Part shown: one piece after another, positions 43,020 through 52,302 of the stretch | Position numbering within the stretch: the stretch's first letter is position 1 | Layout of the letters: each line of letters starts with the position of its first letter | Origin: Candidatus Enteromonas sp. | GTDB lineage: Bacteria; Bacillota_I; Bacilli_A; RFN20; CAG-826 | Direction of reading: 5' to 3' | NCBI GenBank assembly: GCA_034171505.1 | Contig: JAXFGC010000006.1 | Span: forward strand, 11,382-75,381 | Length of the DNA: 64,000 nt | Notes under the pieces: model-generated | What the model saw: only the letters and a program-made list of their open reading frames with translations | The model's database searches: none | What the model was told of the DNA's origin: nothing | Translations under genes and position numbers: made by a program

Positions 43020-43937
43020 ATGAAAGACTTCAAAGAAATCCGCATCGTCGACAACTTTTATCAATCTTCTTCTTTCTTCCCGATGCCCTTGACCCTCATC
43101 GGCACGTTAGATGAATCCGGAACCGTAACGAGTTTCGGCGCTTATTCGTTAGTGTTCCCCTATTACATCGCCGGAAAAGAGTATTACGCGATGGTCCTTG
43201 AATGCCGCAACTCCTCAAACACCTGCAAAGGGCTATTGCGACATGGCAAATGCACCATCAACTTCCTTCCCTACACCAAAAAGAACTTCAAGAACCACGT
43301 CGACATGGGATTCCCCGGCGACACCATCGAAGAAAAGAACAAAAACTTGATTTTCACTCCTGTGGACAGCCTCTCCCAAGAACTCGATCCCGAACACCGT
43401 TACCCCAAGGTCCTCAAGGAAGCCCTCCAGGTCATGGAATGCACCTGGATGCGGGAACTCGACGGAGCGGAAAACGACGTCGTCCAAGATGAATACGAAG
43501 GTCCGTACCACGACTTCAACGGCATCACCTCAAAATACGGAGCCCACTTCATCCTTCAAATCGATCACATTCTATTAAAAGGAAAATACCAAGAAGCCTT
43601 GGTCCACGGGGCAACCAGAAAGAACTTCTGCCCTTTGCCCACCAATTGGGGGTATCGCGATTCCCGTTACTTCTGGTGCTCCCCCTATCACAAGCCAGAC
43701 GCAGTTGGAATTCCAAATCGAGAAATTGACTTAAGTTCCCTCCATTACGCCGCGAAACGTCTCAATACAAAAGTTCGTTTCACCGACGACGCCCTCCTGA
43801 CAATCGCGGGAGTTCCACGTCCCTTCCTCAAACTCGTCCTTTCCAAATGTGCCGAGTGGGCGGAAGAAAACGGGGTTGAGGTAATCACCGCAAAAGAAAT
43901 GCAAATCATTAACGACAAGAGGCGAAAAGACAAATAA
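43020..43937 (+). CDS. Flavin reductase-like (FMN-binding split-barrel) protein with a ~120-aa C-terminal extension
   Basis: The N-terminal FFPMPLTLIGTLDESGTVTSFGAYSLVFPY...CTINFLP matches the P-x-P-v-x-l-v-t-T...G..N..p.S pattern of flavin reductase domains. I cannot assign the C-terminal region. Confidence 0.45.
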   Translation: MKDFKEIRIVDNFYQSSSFFPMPLTLIGTLDESGTVTSFGAYSLVFPYYIAGKEYYAMVLECRNSSNTCKGLLRHGKCTINFLPYTKKNFKNHVDMGFPGDTIEEKNKNLIFTPVDSLSQELDPEHRYPKVLKEALQVMECTWMRELDGAENDVVQDEYEGPYHDFNGITSKYGAHFILQIDHILLKGKYQEALVHGATRKNFCPLPTNWGYRDSRYFWCSPYHKPDAVGIPNREIDLSSLHYAAKRLNTKVRFTDDALLTIAGVPRPFLKLVLSKCAEWAEENGVEVITAKEMQIINDKRRKDK

Positions 43938-44040
43938 GCCCCAATTCAAACAACCTCCCTTTCTGCCTTGGCGCTTGCTTTGGGTTCTCCTCGAGGAAAC
44001 CGCGGGCGAGCGGGCGCATTCCGCGTATAATAGGAACAAT

Positions 44041-45201
44041 ATGGATCCCAAGAAATTCCACAAACCATTTCAAAACATCGTCGCAACGACCTTCTCGGGA
44101 GAAAAACCCCTCCCCGAAGGCACCTATGATTTTTCCATTGGCGATCCCGATTTCTCCACGGACGAAACCATCATTCGTTACGCCTTTGCTAAAACTCTCG
44201 AAGAAGAAACCCATTATGGCGTCCCATCAGGAAAGAAAGAGCTTAAAGAAGCAATCGTGGACTTCCATAACTCCCGTCTTGGCCAAAACATTTCCATAAA
44301 TAACGTCCAAATCACCTCTTCGGCTTCCCACGCGATGTTCCTTGCCATGAAGGCTCTCCTAGACCCAGGAGACGAAGTCATTCTTTTCGCCCCTTATTTT
44401 GCCAACTACTTTGACCAAATTACCCTAAACGAAGGGGTTCCTGTCATTGTAAATACCCATTACGAGAATTCCTTTGAACTGGTCGAAGAAGAAATTGAAG
44501 CCAAGATCACCCCAAAGACCAAGGCCATCATTTTCAATAACCCCGCGAACCCAAGCGGGCACCTCTATTCCCATAAATCATTAGAGATCCTTCGCCGCGT
44601 CGCCATTCGCCATGATTTGATCGTTTGCTGCGACGACATCTATACGACTTATATCTATAACGGAGAGGTTTTCGAAACCCTCGCTAATCTTCCAGACATG
44701 GCCTCTCGTTGCATCCAAGTTCGTTCCTTCTCCAAAGACAGCATCATGACGGGTTGGAGAATCGGGTATTTGGTCGCGGACAAAGAGCTCATTGACGTTA
44801 CCAAAGCCATCAATGAATCCATCGTTTATTCCCCTTCCGTTATCAGCCAAAACGCCGCGATTGCCGCCCTTGCAAATTTCGATGAAATCGCAAAAAGAGT
44901 GCAGAACGTATATCGAATTCGTCTCCAAACCGCCTTTGAAGAAATTCAAAAATCCCCCTATTTCGATTGCCTGGCGATCGAAGGGACTTTCTATATTTTC
45001 ATGAATATCGAAAAGACTGGATTGAGCGATAAAGAATTCGCTTCCTACGTTTTGGAAAACGCTCACGTCAAAGTCTTCCCCGGATCTTTATTCGGAGGCG
45101 AGGAATACTCCCGTTTTGTCCGCCTTGCCATCAACATGGGCGAGAAACGAATTCGCGAAGCCTTCGCCGCGCTGAACGCCTTAACTTACCCTGGAAAATA
45201 A
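44041..45201 (+). CDS. Class I/II pyridoxal-phosphate-dependent aminotransferase
   Basis: FNNPANPSGH and SFSKDSIMTGWRIGY (PLP lysine). I trimmed the start to ATG 44041 (MDPKKFHKPF). Confidence 0.88.
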   Translation: MDPKKFHKPFQNIVATTFSGEKPLPEGTYDFSIGDPDFSTDETIIRYAFAKTLEEETHYGVPSGKKELKEAIVDFHNSRLGQNISINNVQITSSASHAMFLAMKALLDPGDEVILFAPYFANYFDQITLNEGVPVIVNTHYENSFELVEEEIEAKITPKTKAIIFNNPANPSGHLYSHKSLEILRRVAIRHDLIVCCDDIYTTYIYNGEVFETLANLPDMASRCIQVRSFSKDSIMTGWRIGYLVADKELIDVTKAINESIVYSPSVISQNAAIAALANFDEIAKRVQNVYRIRLQTAFEEIQKSPYFDCLAIEGTFYIFMNIEKTGLSDKEFASYVLENAHVKVFPGSLFGGEEYSRFVRLAINMGEKRIREAFAALNALTYPGK

Positions 45202-45203
45202 AC

Positions 45204-47390
45204 ATGGAACTCCTTTCTCCCGCTGGTAATTTCGAAAGCGCCATCGCCGCGTTTCACGGTGGAGCGGACGCCATCTATTTAGGCGGAAAAAACTTTTCCG
45301 CTCGTATGGGAGCCGATAATTTCTCCGAAGAAGAGCTCACCAAAATCGCGGATTTTGCCCATCAAATCGGCAAAAAGGTTTACGTGACCCTAAATACCCT
45401 GCTATTTGAGGATGAGTTTGAACCTGCGGTGGAATTCGCCACTTTCCTTTGTTCCGTTGGCATCGATGCGATCATCGTTCAAGATCTTGGACTTGCTTAC
45501 TATCTTCATCAGGCATTGCCGGAACTCCCCTTGCACGCCTCAACCCAACTTAACTGCCATAACATCGAGCAAGCCAAAGTATTAAAACAAATCGGATTCA
45601 CCCGCGTGGTATTAGCCCGCGAAGCCAACAAGGACTTCATCTCCGAAGTCAAGGCAATAGGACTTGAAGTCGAAGTCTTTATCCACGGGGCTTTATGCGT
45701 TTCCTATTCCGGCAACTGCCTCCTTTCCTCCTTCAATGGTGGGCGAAGCGGCAACCGCGGAAGGTGCGCTCAGCCGTGCCGAATGAAGTACGATATTTTC
45801 GAGGATGGAGTCAAAATTAACGAGGACGTCTATGCGATTTCGACCAAAGATCTCCAAACAATCGACGAAGTAAAAGAACTCCAAAACGCAGGCGCGGACT
45901 CCTTGAAAATCGAAGGAAGACTCAAATCCAAAGAATACGTGTACCAAACCGCGAAGGCCTATTTCGACGCCCTTCATTCCGAAGTCAATCCTCAAGAAAA
46001 AGCCAAACTACAAGCCCTTTATTCCCGTGGATTCACGAAAGGTTATTTATTTGATGAATCACCGTTCCGTTTATTATCTCAAGGCACTTCTTCCCATCAA
46101 GGCGAAGAAATTGGAGTGGTCACCCAAGTCCGTAAGGAGCGGGTCACGATTCATTTAAGTAAAACCGTCCATCGCTTGGATGGCATTCGCTTCCTTTCCG
46201 GCGATCCCTTTGGAGTCACTTTGGAAAGGATCTTCGTCAAAGGCAACCCCGTAGAAGAAGCATTCCCTGGAGATTTCATCGATGTTCCAAAAATCGAGAA
46301 CGCGCAAGGCTTAGAACACGTCAAAGTGATTCGGACGACCAATTACGCCCTCGAGGAATCCATCGACGAAGAGATTCGGAAGCCTTTCCGCGTTCCCATT
46401 AAGGGTACCTTGACCATCAAAATCGGGCAGCCGCTTCGCTTGGAAGTCGAATATCTCGGCGTGAAAGTGGAGGCGGAAGGCGGAATCGCGGAAGCGGCGA
46501 AAACCAGCGGAACCCCCGTCTCCCGCATTCAAGAACAGCTCGCTAAATCGGGCAACTATCCCTATTTTATCGATGCCGTAACCGTAAATGGTGACGATGC
46601 ATTCATTCCAATTTCCTTACTCAATAATCTTCGAAATCAAGCGTATGAAGTCCTCTCTCAGAAGTTGATTGTCCGCCGCAACCCCATCAGGAAAGAGTAC
46701 GTTGCGCCCGCTCCGAAAGAGGTCCGAGAGCCGTCAAAAATCTATGTTTCTTGGAAAGCGGATCCAAACGATTCTCCTGTTAATTGGAATCGCGTAATCA
46801 CGGGAAAACCAAAACACGCCCCTTTCGAAATCGTTCCGTTCGCGTGCTTAATCCCCGAATCCTCCAACGCAATTGCTTCTCCTTATTGCAACATCACGAA
46901 CAGTTTCGCGATAGATGCATTCGTCTCTCTAGGGTTCTCCGGAATCGTCTTCTCTTTGGAACTCGATCAACGTTCCATTTCCGCGACCATCGACGCTTAT
47001 CGGTCCCGTCACGATGAACTTCCTGCTCTTGGGATGTTTGTCTATGGCAGACCGGAAGTCATGATTATGAAGAGCTGTCCCATTGGAACGCTTACCCATT
47101 CGAAAACCCTTCATTGCCAAAAATGTCATCAGCACTCCTATTGCCTAGAGGATGCGTTCGGGGCACGCTATCCCGTTCTTGGGGATTCCAGTTGCACCAC
47201 CCGCATCTATGGCAGTAAGAAAATCAATCTGTTCGAATACACGATTCCCCTCCGTCAAATGGGGATTACGTTCTTCCTTGCCCACTTCACCGACGAAAAC
47301 GAGGAAGAAATCGAGAACGTGAAGAACGAAAACGTTCCTTTTAGCCCAAAAATCCACACTTCCGGCCATTTCCGCAAACGAAGTTTGTGA
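45204..47390 (+). CDS. Peptidase U32 family Fe-S protein (long, two-lobed, RlhA/YdcP-like length)
   Basis: MELLSPAGNFESAIAAFHGGADAIYLGG, and a four-Cys pattern C-x6-C-x15-C-x3-C (CVSYSGNCLLSSFNGGRSGNRGRCAQPC, nt 45696-45779). The C-terminal lobe carries further Cys (CPIGT...CQKCHQHSYC). Confidence 0.85.
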   Translation: MELLSPAGNFESAIAAFHGGADAIYLGGKNFSARMGADNFSEEELTKIADFAHQIGKKVYVTLNTLLFEDEFEPAVEFATFLCSVGIDAIIVQDLGLAYYLHQALPELPLHASTQLNCHNIEQAKVLKQIGFTRVVLAREANKDFISEVKAIGLEVEVFIHGALCVSYSGNCLLSSFNGGRSGNRGRCAQPCRMKYDIFEDGVKINEDVYAISTKDLQTIDEVKELQNAGADSLKIEGRLKSKEYVYQTAKAYFDALHSEVNPQEKAKLQALYSRGFTKGYLFDESPFRLLSQGTSSHQGEEIGVVTQVRKERVTIHLSKTVHRLDGIRFLSGDPFGVTLERIFVKGNPVEEAFPGDFIDVPKIENAQGLEHVKVIRTTNYALEESIDEEIRKPFRVPIKGTLTIKIGQPLRLEVEYLGVKVEAEGGIAEAAKTSGTPVSRIQEQLAKSGNYPYFIDAVTVNGDDAFIPISLLNNLRNQAYEVLSQKLIVRRNPIRKEYVAPAPKEVREPSKIYVSWKADPNDSPVNWNRVITGKPKHAPFEIVPFACLIPESSNAIASPYCNITNSFAIDAFVSLGFSGIVFSLELDQRSISATIDAYRSRHDELPALGMFVYGRPEVMIMKSCPIGTLTHSKTLHCQKCHQHSYCLEDAFGARYPVLGDSSCTTRIYGSKKINLFEYTIPLRQMGITFFLAHFTDENEEEIENVKNENVPFSPKIHTSGHFRKRSL

Positions 47391-47479
47391 GGTTTACTCT
47401 TTTTCCTTTCATTTTCTTGTTTGCACAATAAAATGATTTTTCAGTACTCTTGTACGGCTCTCCGCCCGAGGAAAACCAC

Positions 47480-48571
47480 ATGGACGAACTTACCAAAGCA
47501 CGCAAAGACATCGACGCGATCGACGAAGAACTGGCCGCGTTATTTACCAGGCGAATGAAAGCGGCCGCGAACATCGCCTCCTTCAAAAAAGAACATGGGC
47601 TCCCCATTTTTGACGCGAGCCGCGAAAGCGAAATCATCACCGAAGAAGTCCAGCATATCGAGGATCCCGAACTTAAGGAATTCTATGTTTCCTTCCTTCA
47701 TGACCTCATGAAAACTTCCCGTGCCTATCAGGCCAAACTCCTGGAAGGAGCCAAGTACGCTTATTGCGGAGTCCCCGGCGCATATGCCTATATCGCCGCC
47801 CATCGAATGGCTCCCACCTCTAAGCTGATCTCCTTCCCAACCTTCGAAAAAGCCTATAAATCTGTTTTGGACGGGGAATGCGATGGAACGCTTTTGCCTT
47901 TGGAAAACTCTTCCGCGGGAGACGTGGGCCAAGTAATGGATTTGGCGTTCTCGGGAGAACTTCGCCTCACCCGCATGATTGACTTGGAAATCTCCCATGC
48001 CCTTTTGGCAAAACCCGGAACCAAGAAAGAAGACATCGTCGAAGTGTGGAGTCATCCCCAAGCCCTCGCCCAATGCAATGACTACCTAAAGAGCCTTGGC
48101 GTTGCCTGCGTTGAAGCTTCTAACACCGCGGCGGCTTGCCAACTCCTGTTGTCCTCCCCGCGAAACGATGTTGCGGTCATTGCGTCTCCCGAAAATGCGG
48201 AGATTTATGGCCTTGAGATTTTAGAGAAATCCATCAATTCGATGGCGAATAACACTACACGTTTCGGTTTATTTTCCCGTGCAATGGCCCTTCCTTCCCC
48301 TCAAACAAAGGACCAATTCTCCGTTTTGGTTTTCACCGTGAAGAACGAAGCGGGATCTTTGGCGAAAGCCCTCAACATCATCGGGGCGCACGGGTTCAAT
48401 ATGCGGAACGTCCGTAGCAGACCCTTAAGAGGCCTAATTTGGAACTACTACTTCTACGTAGAACTCGAAGGCAACATCAACACGATAGACGGCAAGGAAC
48501 TCTTTGAGGAACTTTCCACTTTCTGCGATAAACTCAAGTTGCTTGGAACCTACGCCCGGGAGGAACAATGA
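47480..48571 (+). CDS. pheA: Bifunctional chorismate mutase/prephenate dehydratase (P-protein)
   Basis: AroQ-type CM N-terminus (RKDIDAIDEELAALFTRRM), a PDT domain with TRF (NNTTRFGLF), and a C-terminal ACT domain. I trimmed the start to ATG 47480 (GAGGA SD). Confidence 0.9.
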   Translation: MDELTKARKDIDAIDEELAALFTRRMKAAANIASFKKEHGLPIFDASRESEIITEEVQHIEDPELKEFYVSFLHDLMKTSRAYQAKLLEGAKYAYCGVPGAYAYIAAHRMAPTSKLISFPTFEKAYKSVLDGECDGTLLPLENSSAGDVGQVMDLAFSGELRLTRMIDLEISHALLAKPGTKKEDIVEVWSHPQALAQCNDYLKSLGVACVEASNTAAACQLLLSSPRNDVAVIASPENAEIYGLEILEKSINSMANNTTRFGLFSRAMALPSPQTKDQFSVLVFTVKNEAGSLAKALNIIGAHGFNMRNVRSRPLRGLIWNYYFYVELEGNINTIDGKELFEELSTFCDKLKLLGTYAREEQ

Positions 48572-49566
48572 AAATCTCCGTTCACGCCTCTCGGCCGTAC
48601 AACATTCACATTGAACGGGGACTCGCCGCGATGATTCCCCATCTTTTGGGCATTCATTCCAAATCGCTTATCTTAACCGATTCTGGAGTCCCTTCCATTT
48701 ATGCCGAATCTCTCCAAAAACGCATACCGAACTCGCTTATTTTCGTAATTCCCGAGGGCGAAAAAAGCAAATCTTCAGACTCTTTTTTAAAGATTCTTTC
48801 ATTCTTGGTCGCGAACCATTTCTCTCGGAAAGATTGCCTCATTTCCTTGGGCGGAGGAGTCGTTGGGGATCTCGGGGGATTTGTCGCTTCCACCTACATG
48901 AGGGGCATCGCTTTCTATAACATCCCGACCACCCTCCTCTCGATGGTGGATTCTTCCATCGGAGGAAAAACGGGGATTGATTTTGAGGGATATAAGAACA
49001 TCGTGGGGAGCTTCTATCCCCCCAAAGCGGTGTTCATCGATCCGGATTATTTGTCCACTCTCGACAAGCGACAATTCGCCGCGGGTTTTGCTGAAATCGT
49101 CAAAATGGCAGCTACTCTCGACAAAGACTTCTTTGACGAGATAAAGGCAGGGACTCTCCCCATTGAAATCCAAATCGAAAAAGCCCTTCGCATCAAAAAG
49201 AAAGTCGTCGAAGAAGACGAAAAAGAATCCGGCATCCGGAAAGTCCTCAACTTCGGTCACACCCTTGGGCACGCCTATGAAGTTTGCGGCGACGGACGTT
49301 TCTTGCATGGAGAAGCCATCGCGATGGGAATGCTTCCTTTCTCTTCCCCGGAAGTTCGAGAAGAAATCCAAAACGTGTTGATCCAAAACCGTTTGCCCAT
49401 CGATCCTTCCATTGATGTCGCTCGAATCGAAACGGCTATTCGCCACGACAAAAAAGGGGACGGGGAAACCGTTGATGCCGTTTTTTGCCCCATCCTTGGG
49501 AAATATGAAATCAAAAAATGCTCAATTTCCGAGATTCTTTCCTACCACAAGGAGGTATTCCAATGA
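48568..49566 (+). CDS. aroB: 3-dehydroquinate synthase
   Basis: GGGVVGDLGGF, DSSIGGKTG and the metal ligands HTLGHA...HGEAIA. ATGA overlap with pheA. Confidence 0.92.
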   Translation: MKISVHASRPYNIHIERGLAAMIPHLLGIHSKSLILTDSGVPSIYAESLQKRIPNSLIFVIPEGEKSKSSDSFLKILSFLVANHFSRKDCLISLGGGVVGDLGGFVASTYMRGIAFYNIPTTLLSMVDSSIGGKTGIDFEGYKNIVGSFYPPKAVFIDPDYLSTLDKRQFAAGFAEIVKMAATLDKDFFDEIKAGTLPIEIQIEKALRIKKKVVEEDEKESGIRKVLNFGHTLGHAYEVCGDGRFLHGEAIAMGMLPFSSPEVREEIQNVLIQNRLPIDPSIDVARIETAIRHDKKGDGETVDAVFCPILGKYEIKKCSISEILSYHKEVFQ

Positions 49567-50645
49567 GCAATGTCATCGGCAAAAACATTACGTTAACCCT
49601 ATTCGGGGAAAGCCACGGCCCGTATGTCGGAGCCACTCTTGATGGCCTTCCAAACGGAATTCCGGTTTCGGAAGCGGAGATTCAAAACGAGCTTTCCAAA
49701 CGCCGCCCCTCCTTTGTCGGAGAAACCCCCCGCCATGAAAAAGATGACTTTCAAATCATTTCCGGGGTATTTCAGGGTTTTACCACGGGTGCCCCCCTTA
49801 CGATTTTGATTCCGAACGAAAACGTCAATTCAAAGGCCTACGAAAGCGAGGTTCGTTCCTTCCGCCCGAACCACGCGGATTATGTCGCCCATGAAAAATA
49901 TCATGGATTCGAAGACTACCGAGGGGGAGGACATTTTTCCGGACGCATCAGCGCCGCGATCGTCGCGGTTTGTGCCATCATCAAAACCTATTTGGAAAGC
50001 AAAGGCATCCAAATTGCCTCACATATTCTTTCCGCGGGAGGAATCCTCGATGAAGGATTTGACCCCGTCCATCCCGAAAAACAAGTTCGGAAATTGCTTG
50101 CCTCTTCTTTCCCACTCATCGACCAAAAGAACGAAGAAAAAATGCGTGAACTTTTTGAAAAAGTTGCCAAAGAACACGATTCCCTCGGAGGCCAAATCGA
50201 GACCGCGATTATTGGTCTTCCCGTTGGACTAGGGGAACCTTGGTTTGGCCGATTTGACGGCGTCCTTTCCAACGCGATTATGTCCATTGGAGGGGTACGT
50301 GGGGTGGTTTTCGGCGATATCGATAGTCAGGAAGACCTCCGCGGGTCCTCTTTCAACGATCCTTTCATCCTTGAAGGAGGGGAGGTCAAAACCAAAACGA
50401 ATCATTCGGGAGGAGTCCAAGGAGGCATCAGCAATGGCATGCCCGTCCTCTTCCATTCTTTCGTGAAACCCACCCCCTCGATCGGTCTTCCCCAGCAGAC
50501 CGTTAACGAAAACAAAGAAGCGACCACTTTATCCATCCAAGGACGCCACGATCCTTGTTTCTTACGCCGCGTTACGCCGGTCATTAATGCCTTAACCGCG
50601 TTTGTCACGATGGACTTCCTTTTAGGGGAATTCGGGAGAAAATGA
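49563..50645 (+). CDS. aroC: Chorismate synthase
   Basis: MSNVIGKNITLTLFGESHG and RPNHADY. I trimmed the start to ATG 49563 (AAGGAGG SD, ATGA overlap with aroB). Confidence 0.92.
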   Translation: MSNVIGKNITLTLFGESHGPYVGATLDGLPNGIPVSEAEIQNELSKRRPSFVGETPRHEKDDFQIISGVFQGFTTGAPLTILIPNENVNSKAYESEVRSFRPNHADYVAHEKYHGFEDYRGGGHFSGRISAAIVAVCAIIKTYLESKGIQIASHILSAGGILDEGFDPVHPEKQVRKLLASSFPLIDQKNEEKMRELFEKVAKEHDSLGGQIETAIIGLPVGLGEPWFGRFDGVLSNAIMSIGGVRGVVFGDIDSQEDLRGSSFNDPFILEGGEVKTKTNHSGGVQGGISNGMPVLFHSFVKPTPSIGLPQQTVNENKEATTLSIQGRHDPCFLRRVTPVINALTAFVTMDFLLGEFGRK

Positions 50646-51865
50646 TGAAATATGGCTTAATCGGTGAAAAACTCGGACATTCCTTTTCCAAGGAAATCCA
50701 CGAGGCGCTTGGCAATCCTTCCTACGAACTGAAGGAAATCGCCCCTTCCGACCTTGACTCTTTTTTGCGCGAGAAAGCCTTCCAAGGAATCAACGTCACG
50801 ATTCCATATAAACAAGCGGTCATTCCCTATCTTGATGAAATCTCCACCGAAGCACAAGCCATCGGGGCAGTGAACACAATCACCAATCAAGGTGGCATCC
50901 TCAAAGGATACAACACGGACGCCACAGGATTTTTGGCCCTCGTCGAAGCCCTAAACCTCGATTGTTTCAACAAAACCATCGCGATTCTTGGAACGGGCGG
51001 AACTTCCCATACCGCCGCTTACGTCCTCCAAAAACAAGGGGCCAAGAAGATTTGGATTGTTTCGCGAAATCCAAAAGAAGGCGCCATTACCTATGAAGAA
51101 ATACCACCCGATATCGACATTTTAGTAAATACCACTCCGGTTGGAATGAACCCCGATATCGATGGTATTCCCGTCCGTTTGGATCGTTTCACCTCCTTAC
51201 TTGGGGTCATTGACGTCATCTACAATCCTCTGCAAACCCGCTTGGTTATCGAAGCCAAAAAGAAAGGGATTCCAGCGATTGGAGGACTTCACATGCTCGT
51301 GGGCCAAGCCTTGGCGGCAAGCGAACTTTTCCTCGGTGCTCCTTCTTCATCGTTATCCATTATCGAAAACAATTTGAGAAAACAACGACTCAACATCGTT
51401 CTCATCGGCATGCCTGGATCTGGCAAAACCACGATTGGAAAACGTTTAGCGGAAGAATTATCCCGCCCTTTCTTCGACGCGGATGTCGAACTCGAAAGAG
51501 TCCATCATATTCACATTCCCGACTTCATTCGAGAGCAGGGCGAACCTGCTTTCCGAAAACTCGAAGAAGAAACCATTTTGGAACTATCCAAGAAAACCGG
51601 GGCGGTTATTTCAACCGGCGGGGGCTGCGTCCTGAATCCCGAAAACATGAGACGTCTCTCCCAAAACGGAATCGTCTTCTTCCTCGATCGGGAATTATCT
51701 CGTTTGGTACCGACCACCTCCCGTCCGTTGACAAGCGACGCGGAATCCCTCCGAAAACGTTTCTCTGAACGATACACCCTCTATTGCAAATACGCGGATT
51801 ACAGCGTTTATCCCTGCGAAAATGTTCGATCCGTTATCCGTTTCATCAAAGGAGTTATCCAATGA
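50642..51865 (+). CDS. Fused shikimate dehydrogenase (AroE, residues ~1-245) and shikimate kinase (AroK, ~250-407)
   Basis: AroE: GEKLGHSFSKEIH, NVTIPYK, GYNTD, ILGTGGTS. AroK: NIVLIGMPGSGKTTIGKRLAE and ISTGGG. It is one uninterrupted ORF. Confidence 0.88.
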   Translation: MMKYGLIGEKLGHSFSKEIHEALGNPSYELKEIAPSDLDSFLREKAFQGINVTIPYKQAVIPYLDEISTEAQAIGAVNTITNQGGILKGYNTDATGFLALVEALNLDCFNKTIAILGTGGTSHTAAYVLQKQGAKKIWIVSRNPKEGAITYEEIPPDIDILVNTTPVGMNPDIDGIPVRLDRFTSLLGVIDVIYNPLQTRLVIEAKKKGIPAIGGLHMLVGQALAASELFLGAPSSSLSIIENNLRKQRLNIVLIGMPGSGKTTIGKRLAEELSRPFFDADVELERVHHIHIPDFIREQGEPAFRKLEEETILELSKKTGAVISTGGGCVLNPENMRRLSQNGIVFFLDRELSRLVPTTSRPLTSDAESLRKRFSERYTLYCKYADYSVYPCENVRSVIRFIKGVIQ

Positions 51866-52302
51866 AGATTCTTGTTATCCATGGCCCTAACCTCAATATG
51901 CTCGGCATCCGAGAACCCTCGATTTATGGCCGCCAAACCTATGATGACTTGGTTCGTTATATCCAGGATTACGCGGTAGAAAAAGGCATCGAAGCATCCT
52001 TTTTCCAGTCCAATCACGAAGGGGCGCTCGTTGATGCGATTCAACAAGCTTATTTCGATAAAATCGATGGAATCCTCATTAACGCAGGCGCATACACCCA
52101 TACGAGCATCGCGATTCTGGATGCCTTAAAATCCGTTGGAATTCCCACCGTGGAAGTCCATATCTCAAATCCCAAGGAAAGGGAAGAATTCCGCCACGTA
52201 TCCTTCCTTTCTTTGGCCGCCATCGCGACCGTCCAAGGGAAAGGGTTCCCTGGATATCTGGAAGCCATCGACATTTTGATGTCCCACAAGGAGGGCGAAT
52301 GA
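51862..52302 (+). CDS. aroQ: Type II 3-dehydroquinate dehydratase
   Basis: MKILVIHGPNLNMLGIREPSIYG, NAGAYTHTS, EVHISN. I trimmed the start to ATG 51862 (AAAGGAG SD, ATGA overlap). Confidence 0.93.
   Translation: MKILVIHGPNLNMLGIREPSIYGRQTYDDLVRYIQDYAVEKGIEASFFQSNHEGALVDAIQQAYFDKIDGILINAGAYTHTSIAILDALKSVGIPTVEVHISNPKEREEFRHVSFLSLAAIATVQGKGFPGYLEAIDILMSHKEGE

Noticed and set aside
47433-47479. A small upstream ORF (MIFQYSCTAL...) before pheA as a Phe/Tyr attenuation leader peptide.
   Set aside because: It has only one Phe and one Tyr codon, no SD and no alternative terminator/antiterminator hairpins, and it runs into pheA out of frame.
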